Origin: Cirrosporium novae-zelandiae
Taxonomy: Eukaryota
Length of the DNA: 64,000 nucleotides
Assembly (NCBI GenBank): GCA_026023565.1
Contig: JAPETS010000026.1
Span: 310,001 to 374,000, forward strand
Reading direction: 5' to 3'
Part shown: positions 50,338 through 61,651 of the stretch, in pieces
How the letters are laid out: each line of letters starts with the position of its first letter
Numbering within the stretch: the first letter of the stretch is position 1
Notes under the pieces: generated by a model
Databases searched by the model: none
The model's input: only the letters and a program-made list of their open reading frames with translations
What the model was told of the DNA's origin: nothing
Position numbers and translations under genes: made by a program

Positions 50338-50857
50338 TAAGGGTACTTGAGAATTACTGTAGACTACCCTAGGTACAGTATCCAGGTATATCGTCATTGA
50401 ATATTTACTTAGGTAATTAATCAATAATCAAACCCGCGATCTCTCTTTATTCTCTATTTTTTATGGGTATGGGTATGGGTATATCATAATGATAATAATG
50501 ATGAATTTCATTTCATTTATCCGCATGTAGATACAGTATATGCATGTCCCATTCCATCCACTTCCATCCCCCTTGAACCCTCAGCCTTAAGTCTCTCACT
50601 TTTCGCTCCCACTTTCAATTGATTACCGATCAAAGGCTCTCAAAAAGAACCACCAACCCACCCACCTACCAGCCATCCCTCATCCTTCCTCTATTATTCA
50701 ACATAGCACAATCAATCAATCAATCAATCAATCAGCCAAAGAAATACGTAAGTATTATTAAAGGCTTATATGCTTACGCTTATTTACCTTATATCCCGAT
50801 ATCCCGTCGTGTAACCATCCACCTAATAATCTTGGAGATAAAGAAAAAAGAGAGCAA

Positions 50858-50881
50858 GGGGGGGGGGGGGGGGGGGGGGGG
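50858..50881. repeat. Poly-G tract (24 nt)
   Basis: Uninterrupted G run. Confidence 0.9.
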
Positions 50882-52477
50882 ATTATTAATCATAGTGTTT
50901 CTTTGATGATGATGACGACGATAACAATAACCCTAACGGGGCGATTTTATGTAAGATGAGATGAGATGAGATTTTGGGAATTTGCATGAGTGAGTGAGTT
51001 GGGTTCGGGTTATACAATACAGTAATAGTAATCACAGATTTGGGATTTGGGATTTGATGAGGGAATCATTCATGATGGGTAGGATGAGCGAGATGGGATG
51101 GGATGGGGTTAGGATATAGGATAATCAAATACCTAGGTAATTAATGGAGAGAGAGCATGTATGTTAGTATGTTCGTTAGTATTTATTTCAACCCTTTTTT
51201 TTTCTCTTCTCTTCTCCTCTCTTCGTCTTTGTATAACAAACATCCCCCCCCCAGTCTTCAAAACAAATAAATATATATATACCCACTAAAAATTTCAACT
51301 CATTCATATCTTAGTCTTAGTCTTAGCCAGGAGATAAATAAAAAAAATAGTTGTAGTAGAGTAGAGCAAAGCAGGGCTCTGATTCATGTTTTATTTAGTT
51401 GGGATAAAGGGAAAAAAACAAACTGAATAATCAAAGGGGGGGGGGGAATAGATATAATAGAAATCAAAGTTATATATATTTTCTTTTTCTTTTGGTAAAG
51501 AAACTTGCCCTCTCTCTCTGTATCAATTTTTCCAGAGGAAAAAATCCTTATCTAAGGGATGAAAATTCGACTCACTTTATAGGATATAGGATTATAGGAA
51601 TAGGAATGACCTTTTTGTGGTTGTGTTGTGTTGTTGTCCCCCTGGACGGACCTATGGACCTTTTGATACGAGAGGGAGGGGCCTCCTCGCTTTCCTACCC
51701 AGAGGCAAGCAAAGAAACTAATTAATCAATCTTTCATGATTTTCTTCAATAACCAACAACACTAAGCAAGCAGTAATAAAAATTAAACTTCCAATTTTTA
51801 TTTTATTTTAAATAATTGATGAAATTTGGTAATGGTCATGGGTAGTAATGGGGGGGGATTTTTTTTCCCTATCTCTTTCATGTATTTGTCTTGTTGAATA
51901 CAACACTGCATCAAAGTTCCTAGAGCCTAAATTTGGGATTGATATTGGTTGATATTGGTTGATATGAATGGAAGGGAAAGGAAATGCGAGGCGAGGTGAT
52001 GGTGCATGTGCGTGGGCTACATGGATAGTAGGACATTAATAGAAGAGATTGTGTGTGCGTGTGGAGAAATAAACCAAGAGAGATAACACAGTACATGATT
52101 TCCTTGTTGCCTTTCTTTTTCTCCCTGTTTTTTTTTCGTTGTAAAAAAAATCTGGGAATTTTATTTGGTCTAGCATACTAGATAAAAAATGAATTTCCTG
52201 CCATCCTTTCATGGTTACAAAACTCCTTAGTCCATCGAGAAAAAAACGTACACTTAACATAAAAAGGAAAACAAAAAGGACCTGGTAGGATAAAACGAGC
52301 TTAAGGAAATATAAGGAATGTTGTGTTAAGGTTGCCCTGTTGTGAAGCGACGAAAGATATCACTATCAATCAACGCATGCAGTTTTCAATCTGCCATCAT
52401 GACCCTTGAAATTTTAGAAGACTGGCCTGCTATCGTGGCACGGCCAGCAAGCGCATAAGTCTCTCAAATCCAGGAAT

Positions 52478-53691
52478 CTATTCCTTCCTGTCAGTTGGTT
52501 CGACAGCGGTGCCTTCCAATTCCTCGTACTGAGGTGGAGCATCGACATGTTGTACGACCTCCTTTTCATCGTTCACTATCACAGCATCCTCCAGATCGGC
52601 TTGTTCCACACTTTCATATTCGCCATGGCGTCTGTTTCCACGAATACGTCTCCAAGACGTGACGATAAGCATACCAACAACCATACCGATAATACGCACC
52701 ACAATTCCAGCAGCAATACCGAGAACAAGTGGCACAAGCATCATGAGGAAGATGTGCAGGAAGGTTGCAAGCTTGCCGTGTCTGTGGTGCATCATAGGGC
52801 GAGGATGATGGTGAGGATGAGGGCCATGGTGAGGATGTGGTTCGCCTTCCATCATGTCCTCCATGCCATGATGACCATGAGGACCCTGAGGAGGAGGGCC
52901 ATGGGGACGCATGTTTCCATGGCAGCCCTTGACCTTGTCTGAAAGCCTGTTCTTAGCTGCGGCAATATTTTCCATCATTTCCTTCACTTTGGCCGCCATG
53001 ATGGCTTTGGCTTTGCACAATGATGTAGTGCAATCCTTGGCGAAATTTGAATCCTCTTCCTCGGTGGGACTCATCCAGCCAAATTCATCCGAATCCGAAG
53101 GTCTTGTTTCATATTCCGCGAGCAGCATGCGCCCAGAAGGCGTCTTGATAGCATGTACAGTAACCATATCAGGGGTAATGGCTTGGCCGGCGAGAGCTAT
53201 AATCTTGAGATGGATATCAAGGATTTGGTTGTGTGTTTCAGCGTCGACGATGGGAGCGGGGTACATCATGAGATAGCTGACTGGGAGAAGTTCAGAGGTT
53301 TGATCTGCACTTTCCTGAGTAGCAAAGATAGGCTCAGTGACGAGAGAATTGTCGAGATTGAGGGGAACATTATTGAGAGAAAGGTTATCGTTGTCGAGGG
53401 TAAAGTTGAGTACCTGAAGGTGATAAGTAATGAAATAGGCTTGATATCACGAGGTTTTCATACCAAGGAATTATCAACTCCTTCAACCCAGACCTTCCCT
53501 CCATCTTCCTTGGGTTGTGCAAATGGACAGCCAGGACAGTTAAGTTTCAGGGTCTGAACATTGAGTTGAGGTATATACATAGGGTCGATTTCGGTAGCCT
53601 TAGGCGGAAGAGAAACAGCATCGATATCTGGAGGAATCAAGAACGCAGCAGCACTCGATGCGAGAGCTGCTACAGAAACAGCGGACTTCAT
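52478..53691 (-). CDS. Signal-peptide, C-terminally membrane-anchored protein with His-rich segment (DUF7728-like)
   Basis: Exons 53691-53464 and 53413-52478 (50-nt intron). MKSAVSVAALASSAAAFLIPP signal, CPGCPF motif, CTTSLC, His/Pro-rich stretch, hydrophobic PLVLGIAAG..IGMVVG, acidic tail with PPQY. Confidence 0.85.
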
Positions 53692-54201
53692 GATGAAATT
53701 TGTCTTTTCTGATGGGATATATGATGGGTGGAGTGGTGATGAGGGGGTTGTTGTGAGATTGAGAGTAGATTGGGGTTGCCTAGAAGAAGGGAAGACTCCA
53801 GAAGGTAAAGAAGGGTAGCATGATGACGAACCCTTAATGCACAGCCTTACAAAGCCTGCATAGCCTGCATAACCGACATCCGCGAGCGTTTGGGACGGCT
53901 ACTTCCGACCAGTAGTCCAAAATGGTTTAGCGCGGACGTACTGCACATTCTAAACAAAGAATTCCCCTCTTAGGTTTGCAACTCTATCTACAGTACTGAC
54001 TTTTAATCGAAAATCGTTATTGAATTAGATGAATACATAACAACTATCATCACCTAGTTGATACGTCAGTCTTTCCATATCAAGGGAATTGTCATCCTTG
54101 AATCAAAATCTTTAAGCGCATGGCCTGAAAGGCAGCTGACACAATCATGTTTCATTTGAAACCTCATCCTGTTTGAATAGTAGCGGTTAATCCATTCAAA
54201 T

Positions 54202-55683
54202 TCACTCAATTGCACCTGGAGGCGCTGTCCCGGTGTCCATATCATGCTGGACTTCCTCGATTATTCTCCTGGCAGTTTCAGCCCAGGCGTCAACTGCTTG
54301 GGACAGCGTCTGGGTAGCATGAAATAACTCATTGACTGATATATACGTATTGAGCGATGGCATTGGAAATACCAGGTTATTTCCATTTGGATACTGGGAC
54401 ACAGATGCCACTGGATTGAGGTGATTCGATTCATTCACCGCTGTGGGAATGCCTTGATTCTGAAGATGAGAGCAAAACCCCTCCAGTACCCTAGAAAACG
54501 GAATCACCGCATCAGCTAAGAGGTCTGTTGGGAGATTATCTTCCAATGATTCCTCGTCGTCCGCATCGTCCGCGTCTTCTTCCACTGGGACATAGTCCTC
54601 CGGGTTTACCCACATCTCTTCCCCGTCGTCCCAGATTTTCCCACTGGCAAACATTCTATTGTTGCGGCTCGAAGGATACCATTCGCATTCAACTTCAACC
54701 CCTCTTTCTACCAACGGATCCAGCACATAATCCTCAATATCCTCGGCCTTTTTCCAATGCCATCTACCTTCACCGGCGGCGGCTACCCTCACGCAGATTC
54801 TAAGTTTTTTGACCGAATGAAGGTTTAAGAAAGGTTCAATGTACGTAGCTCCCAACCAGTAGTGACCGGTCCTTTCATCCAGGGAATCAAGATCAATGCC
54901 AATAGTCAATTCGTCGAGAACCATATTTTGAAGTTTGCTATTGATCAAACCATATACGCTATCATGAAAATACTTTGGCTTTGGAAATCCTTCAAGATGT
55001 GGTCTCTCACGTTTGGTACCAAATTCGCTTATGTTGATGTGGAAGTATTCCTCGCGGTAAGGATAATCAAGAGGGAAGAATGCCTGTAAGTATGTATCCA
55101 TGTCTAGCCGTCGAATGTTCTGAAAGGAATTGGGACGCAAGTTCCTCAGAAATCGCTGGACGGCCCCAACAACACGCGCATCGCAGGTGATAGAAAATCT
55201 ATTGTTCCCGTACAATATACTAGAGGCTTCTTGGTATATTTGGCGGTTGACTTTCAGAAGCCCCAGGTCACATTTGGCTGAGGCATTCCAAGTCCAGGGC
55301 TCATTATAGCGATATAGATTAAGATGGTCTCTCCAATCATGACACCCGTTAGGTAATGAGCAGCTACAGTGGCGATGAAGAGTTTCCATGGTACGGACAT
55401 CGTCATAATGTTGACCGTAGCATTTTATTGTAGCTTCACTCACGGGCTGTTCTCCATCGTGAGGGCTATCGAATATTCGGTTTATCTCGGCCAGGGAGAG
55501 TAAGAAGTGAGTCTGATATTCACCAATGACGTAGCTGTAGATTTCATTTCTAAGCTCACCAGGTAGCTTCAGAAAAGGCGAAACCGTACTGGGTTTTGCC
55601 ATTAGAGACGGCCGCTGCCTTATTCTCTTTCTGGGCTCGGAAGGAGAAGATCGACCACTAGCGGAGGAGGAAAGACGTTTCAT
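54202..55683 (-). CDS. F-box-like fungal protein (DUF7730/2EXR-type motifs)
   Basis: Intronless 493-aa ORF. SPFLKLPGELRNEIYSY and GLLKVNRQIYQEASSILYGNNRF motifs. Confidence 0.8.
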   Translation of the reverse strand: MKRLSSSASGRSSPSEPRKRIRQRPSLMAKPSTVSPFLKLPGELRNEIYSYVIGEYQTHFLLSLAEINRIFDSPHDGEQPVSEATIKCYGQHYDDVRTMETLHRHCSCSLPNGCHDWRDHLNLYRYNEPWTWNASAKCDLGLLKVNRQIYQEASSILYGNNRFSITCDARVVGAVQRFLRNLRPNSFQNIRRLDMDTYLQAFFPLDYPYREEYFHINISEFGTKRERPHLEGFPKPKYFHDSVYGLINSKLQNMVLDELTIGIDLDSLDERTGHYWLGATYIEPFLNLHSVKKLRICVRVAAAGEGRWHWKKAEDIEDYVLDPLVERGVEVECEWYPSSRNNRMFASGKIWDDGEEMWVNPEDYVPVEEDADDADDEESLEDNLPTDLLADAVIPFSRVLEGFCSHLQNQGIPTAVNESNHLNPVASVSQYPNGNNLVFPMPSLNTYISVNELFHATQTLSQAVDAWAETARRIIEEVQHDMDTGTAPPGAIE

Positions 55684-56215
55684 AATGAAGATACAGCTTC
55701 AAGACAATCTTCAAAGTTCATTTCACCTGAGATAAATTTATAAAGGTTAGCGATGTTCCTAGTAGCAAATGACTATTTTTCCTTCGAATCTAGGAACCAA
55801 CCCGGAGAGAGATAGAGCTTCGCTTAACCAAACCCTCCTTGACCAATGAATGATTATACGTACTCGTACACTTGGGTATGATATTCTAAAGAAGTTCTAT
55901 TCTAAGAACCAGCGAATCTTCTAGAGGGTAATGGCGAGAGAGCAAAAATTGTACAAATTCAATAATATAGCTGGGGGCGTCGGCAAAAGCCAGTCCTTCA
56001 ATAATCCAAGGATTATTGCATGTGAGACAGTTTCGGGCCAAGTAGAGTGAGGTAGACCGGCGATGAACTTGGTGGAGATGCAACTTTAGAACCTTTTGAT
56101 TTGTTTGGAGGAGTAGGCAATTGAATAGTCGCATAAGAAGCAACACAAGGATACAGTGTTGGAAGGGGAGGGCAAATAAAAGGCACACGACAGTTGGATA
56201 GATGGTCATGGAAAG

Positions 56216-56216
<1 letters not shown>

Positions 56217-56249
<33 letters not shown>
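56217..56249. repeat. Poly-G tract (33 nt)
   Basis: Uninterrupted G run. Confidence 0.9.
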
Positions 56250-56250
<1 letters not shown>

Positions 56251-57656
56251 TGTTGAAGTTGTGAAAGAAAGTAACCAGGTCGGTAAAAGACCAAAAGGTT
56301 CATTCGTGTCTTAGCAGCAGGCGCGCTGTTAGATATTTTTTTCTTCATGTCACTAAGCGCGCACTTGGTTTGTTTCAATGTTATTTTATTTACACCGTAG
56401 CCTTTTCTTTCTCAATTTTTGGTTAGTTAAGAGATGAATTACCTGGACTAATTAGCTTCTGTATATTTTTATACATGACAGATAAGAAGATATCCAACGA
56501 TTCTCTTTTTAAAGATTTACTGAATTGATACTTTTGTTTTTTCTTCTCCCATAGGAGTAACTGGCTTCTCTCGATCCTTGGGATGGATAGCTGGATAGAT
56601 ATTTCCACATGTAACTTATAGATATTGGGATACTGGGGTTTATACCTCGTCGTTATTCCGTGCTCCGACGAGATCTACAGAGCCATTGAACTTATTTCCC
56701 CGCCCTCCACGCCCTCGACTTTTGGATGTTTACGGATCCGCACAAATCCTAAACCTAATTAATTCTCTTCAGCGGTCAATATTTAGATAATGTTTCTTCT
56801 CAATGGTTAGTTAAACCAAACAAGAGTCCCATCCAAGATTAGGGCGATTGCGGTTCCGCATGTCGATTGTTGAATTGCCGGCTCATCCATGATTTGTCTC
56901 CCAACTCCGTCCCCAGCATCTCCGATTCCCGTCAAGTAGATGGTCGGAGATTGTTTGGATAAATACATAAACACATTAACTTCTCCATCATCAACTAACT
57001 TGGAGTAGGTCAATCCCCAATTGCAATGCCCGACTTCAGGCGAGTGCAGGATGCAGGAACTCGCCAACGTATCCAAATCTATCCAGGCACATTCAAATGC
57101 GGGGCAAGTTCGTAGGCTTGAGCGTCATGGTGGACTGATATACCTCTGATATACTACTGATAAACGACCCAGACACTGCTATGTAGTGCTTACAGGGGCT
57201 ACTAAGGATTATCAACTCTTCTCCGCATCTAGTCTACTCTCTACCAAGTACCAATGTCTAATTAGTACATTATCTCCCCCAATTCCATCTCGTGATAGAG
57301 CACCAATCTTCTCCACACGGGGCAGTAGGACTGAATAATAACTGGGCAGTACAACCATGGCATGGCTTCTAGAGGTTGGCGGATGTCTTGCTAGCAACAT
57401 TAGATTCCCGCTGTTTTTTGACTCCACGGTAGAGGGCGGAACTCTCTGCTTTGGGATTATCCTATTTGGTATAATAAAACACGGTGAGAACTTCTTACCG
57501 TTTTCCTGCAGTTCTAGAGCCCCTGCAGATTGGATATCATTCCCCTGAGTTTTATTTTTTGACTTTGTAAACAGCTCCAGGTCCCCTAACCTTGTCCCTT
57601 GGAAGTCACCACGTACCTTTGAACTTTGGTGTATATATTTCCGTCCTTCTTCCAAG

Positions 57657-58892
57657 ATGCTCTTTACACGAACAGTCACCCGAGCAGCGCCTCGCATTTT
57701 CCTCAATCAGATCTCAACAAAGCCTATAGTATTCAGTCGTTCTCTTTCCACCATGAAAGCCCTCGTTTACAAAGGAGTTAATAATATCGGCCTTGAAGAC
57801 CACCCTGCACCCTCCATCAAGAAGCCTACTGATGCTGTCGTCAAGCTCAGTTACACCACGATTTGTGGTACTGACCTCCATATCATGAAAGGCGATGTAC
57901 CTACATGCACCGAAGGTAGAATTCTTGGTCATGAAGGCGTTGGTGTTGTGGAAGAGATTGGAGCCGGCGTTGGTGGCTTTCAGAAGGGGGATCCTGTGCT
58001 CATCTCATGCATATCCTCTTGCGGAACATGCGAATACTGCCGCAAAGGCATGACATCGCATTGCACTCAAGGAGGATGGGTGTTGGGAAATACTATTGAT
58101 GGGACTCAAGCCGAATATGTGCGTATCCCTAGCGCAGACTCGAGCTTATACAAAATCCCTGAGGGTGTGGATCCTAAATCCTTGGTCATGCTCAGTGATA
58201 TTCTTCCGACTGGCTTTGAATGTGGCGTATTGAATGGAAAGGTCCAGCCAGGAGGAACAGTTGCAATCGTCGGTGCCGGCCCAGTTGGGTTGGCTGCCTT
58301 AATCACATGCCAATTATATTCTCCCTCATTGATTGTCATGGTCGACTTGAGTCCATATAGACTGCAGGTGGCCAGCGAGTTTGGCGCTCACCATACTACG
58401 GATCCCGCCAATGCAGAGAAGGTTATAAAGGACCTTACTGACGGAAAGGGATGCGATACCGTGATCGAAGCTGTGGGAATTCCGGATACCTTCCACTCAT
58501 GCCAAGATTTGGTTGCACCTGGCGGTGTTATTGCTAATGTAGGAGTTCACGGCGTAAAGGCTGATTTGCATCTAGAGAAGTTGTGGGATCGCAATATTGG
58601 TGAGGATTGAATTCATCTTTGGTCTGTTAATTGTACTAACATGTTACAAGCAATCACAACTCGTCTAGTGGATGCCACAACCACCCCAATGTTGCTCAGA
58701 CTTCTAGCCGCGAAGAGGTTGCCTGCTGAAAAGATGATCACACATCGTAAGTAACTATTTTGTTAGATAAACGAACTCACTGTTAATACTTTTCCTGTTC
58801 CAGACTTTAAGTTCGCCGACATGATGAAGGCCTACGATACCTTCAAGGCAGCAGCTGATCACAAGGCTCTTAAGGTCATGATTGAGATGTGA
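57657..58892 (+). CDS. Zn-dependent medium-chain alcohol dehydrogenase (formaldehyde-dehydrogenase-like subgroup)
   Basis: Exons 57657-58599, 58651-58746, 58804-58892. ICGTDLH, GHEGVG, structural Zn CGTCEYC..C, LSDILPTG, GAGPVG; second in-frame ATG at 57753 (MKALVYKG). Confidence 0.93.
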
Positions 58893-59031
58893 TTGGAGCC
58901 ATTAATATTAGGTGATGAGATAACGAAAATGGAAAGGGGTTAATTAGAAAAGGTGGAGGGGGTGAAGGGTGGCCGATTTAAAATGTGAAATAAATACTAC
59001 AATAAGGGACTTGGTTTTGCATGAAAATTCA

Positions 59032-59067
59032 AATTTATCCAATTTATCCAATTTATCCAATTTATCC
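59032..59067. repeat. (AATTTATCC)4 short tandem repeat
   Basis: Four perfect 9-bp units downstream of the ADH stop. Confidence 0.85.
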
Positions 59068-59518
59068 AGGAAATTTCGTTTGTCTTGGAGTGGCACCAGT
59101 GGCAATGTTTGAATTGTTTGACTCAACCCTCTAATGACATCATCACTTGGGAGCAAATCATTAGATATCTAAAATAAAAACAGTACCTTTTCTGGAAATC
59201 TTCAGTCGTTATTACTCGACTTAATCGACCTAGAACCCGTTGGCTCTTTCTCTAAATCATGGAATCCAAACCGTACCCCGTTTTAGGGGAGACCACTTTG
59301 CTTTCAAAATCAAGATTTGTTTTGTTGATAGCACCAAGCACATTGATATTGTACAGCGTTTACACTTTATCCATTGACCTTTGGAGCCGCTGGTGAAGAA
59401 AGAGGTACTATTGAAGAATCTCTAAATTCGATTTGCATAATTCATCACTCAACCCGCATTCGAAGAAGCAGACGGTACTATTATTACCACTATTCTAATA
59501 TATACACCGCCCTCCTAT

Positions 59519-60283
59519 ATGGCTCAACAATCAGGCCAAGAGGGCCAGCAAGACAACCAACCCCCTCTTCATACCGTAATTACCGATAATGTGAAGAGAA
59601 CCCAGGATCTGATACCCAATATGGTTCAGAAATTTATGGATGAATTCAAGAGCGGAGTTCAAATGCGGCTCTTCACCTTTAAAGTTCTAGGGAGGGTAGA
59701 AACACTCCGGCAAGTGAGTTACCCTAGAACAGCTCCACGAGAGCTGCTTCGTCGGACGATTATTGGTTTGATACTCCTGAAAAGATATTGGAAGCAAAAA
59801 AACGACATGCTCCAAAAAAGTGTTGAAGGGTTGATAGCAAATACTCAACGACGAGAACTTTACTCGAACACTAATTCTGACCTTTACTCACTGGGTTCCA
59901 AAGATATTGATGAAAAGTACTACAATGCACTCCCTCCTGCTTTCTTCAACGAGAATGAATTTATTACCGTTAAAGAGGGAGAACATCCGAGACCATACCT
60001 ACCTACATTGCCAGAGCTAGATAGCGACGCCATAATCCCAAGCCATGTATTCTCGTGGGCCAAGTATTTAGCACCAGAACCCCAGCCTAACCCACCAACA
60101 CACGACGAGATGACGGTAGTGCTGGAGTGTAAAACCTGTTGGCGACAAAGGGCAGACAAAGTGACACTGCCCTGTGGACATTTGGTTTTGTGCAGGAAGT
60201 GCTCCGACTTATATGAGCTGGGGGTGGACATGTGCTTAAGATGTGGAATAGTGGTGCAGTGTTTTGTTCAAGTATTGTTTTGA
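59519..60283 (+). CDS. Protein with C-terminal C3HC4 RING finger (IAP/Mdm-type spacing), putative E3 ligase
   Basis: Intronless 254-aa ORF ending CKTC..LPCGHLVLCRKC..CLRC. Confidence 0.75.
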   Translation: MAQQSGQEGQQDNQPPLHTVITDNVKRTQDLIPNMVQKFMDEFKSGVQMRLFTFKVLGRVETLRQVSYPRTAPRELLRRTIIGLILLKRYWKQKNDMLQKSVEGLIANTQRRELYSNTNSDLYSLGSKDIDEKYYNALPPAFFNENEFITVKEGEHPRPYLPTLPELDSDAIIPSHVFSWAKYLAPEPQPNPPTHDEMTVVLECKTCWRQRADKVTLPCGHLVLCRKCSDLYELGVDMCLRCGIVVQCFVQVLF

Positions 60284-61454
60284 TCACTTTGTTGGATGTG
60301 GGATTCATTAATGTTTGTCAGTCTAGGGTTTTTCTAGGACTAGGCTTTTGGGTTACTAAGTCTTGAGGAGGATTAGTATGCAATTGAAATTATTTTCAGC
60401 GCTCTCTTGTCGTGGCTGTCTAGGCTACGCGGAGATGGTACTTTTTATCCCCAACTGCCACTGTTCATTAAAGCTAGCCTGCCTACTCGAATTTAAAAAA
60501 AAAAAAAAAGAAGCCAACTTGGCATGACAGCTCCTTCTACTCTAAGTATCAAAAGAAATGCAATTGACCTCTTTTTTGCCTGCATGTATTGTACCATCTA
60601 TCCATCCATCTACCAATCAATCAAGCATACACCACCCCCATATATCACCATAATGATAAATTTCTTCTTCGATCGTCGGCTGCTCTATCCAGCAAGGGAA
60701 AAAAAACACATTATCCCCCCCCGTTTTCTCCTTTCGCACTAACACCCTTCTAACCAAGATGTAAGATGTAAGATATAAGATATCTAACTTATTCACTCAC
60801 TCAGTCCATCCATCTACCCCTGAGACTTTCTTCTTTTTCTTCTATACAGATTAGATCAGATTAGATCAGATCAGATCAGATCGTCGAAGACTTTCCTATC
60901 AATCAATACCAAATATATATATATATTCAAACCCCTCACCCTTACTCCTATCTCTCTCTTAATAAATTAAAAAAAAAGCCCCCCCCCCCGGATCTAGATC
61001 TATATTTTAACCTAGGGTTTGGAATCATTTTCATTTAGCAGCATGATGGCATAATTGGAACTGGGGGTGGGGGTTTATTTGGTATTTGGCGTTTGTGTGG
61101 GAGGAAGGGAGGGAAAAAAGGGGGAGGCTTGTGGTAGGGGGTAGGGACGTGAGAAGTGAGAAGTGAGGAAAGAGGGGGTGGAAGAGAAGGGGAGGGGGGT
61201 TCTGGTTCTGGTTCTGGTATGGTATAATATAATATGATAGTGAATTACTTGAGTGTTTATTATTCATTGTTTATGGTTCATTATTCATAGTTGATTATGT
61301 GTGTGTGTGAACGAATAAGTTCGTTCGTTCGTTCGTTCGTTCGTTAGTGAGTAATACACTTTCTTGCTTCCTCGTTTATAATTATGGTATTTTATATATA
61401 CCTAGGTATCTAGGTATGGAGAAGATATGAAGGAGTGAGTGAGTGGTAGACGAG

Positions 61455-61651
61455 CTATCTACCTATATATCATATGCTATGCTTGTTGAAGAAGACGTAT
61501 GGGTAGAGAGTATATAAATCCCTTGGTCGGTTGGTTGATTATGTATGTATAGGATATGAGGGGTGAGTGATAGACTATCTATCATATGCTATGCTGTGCT
61601 CGTTGAAGATATATTAAGGAGAGAGTATATAAATCCCTTGGTTGATTATGT
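61455..61651. repeat. Degenerate tandem duplication, period about 113-115 bp
   Basis: TATCATATGCTATGCT at 61468-61483 and 61580-61595; GAGAGTATATAAATCCCTTGGT at 61506-61527 and 61621-61642. Confidence 0.85.

Noticed and set aside
56013..56378. ORF with a poly-proline tract
   Set aside because: The poly-Pro is just the translated 33-nt G homopolymer.
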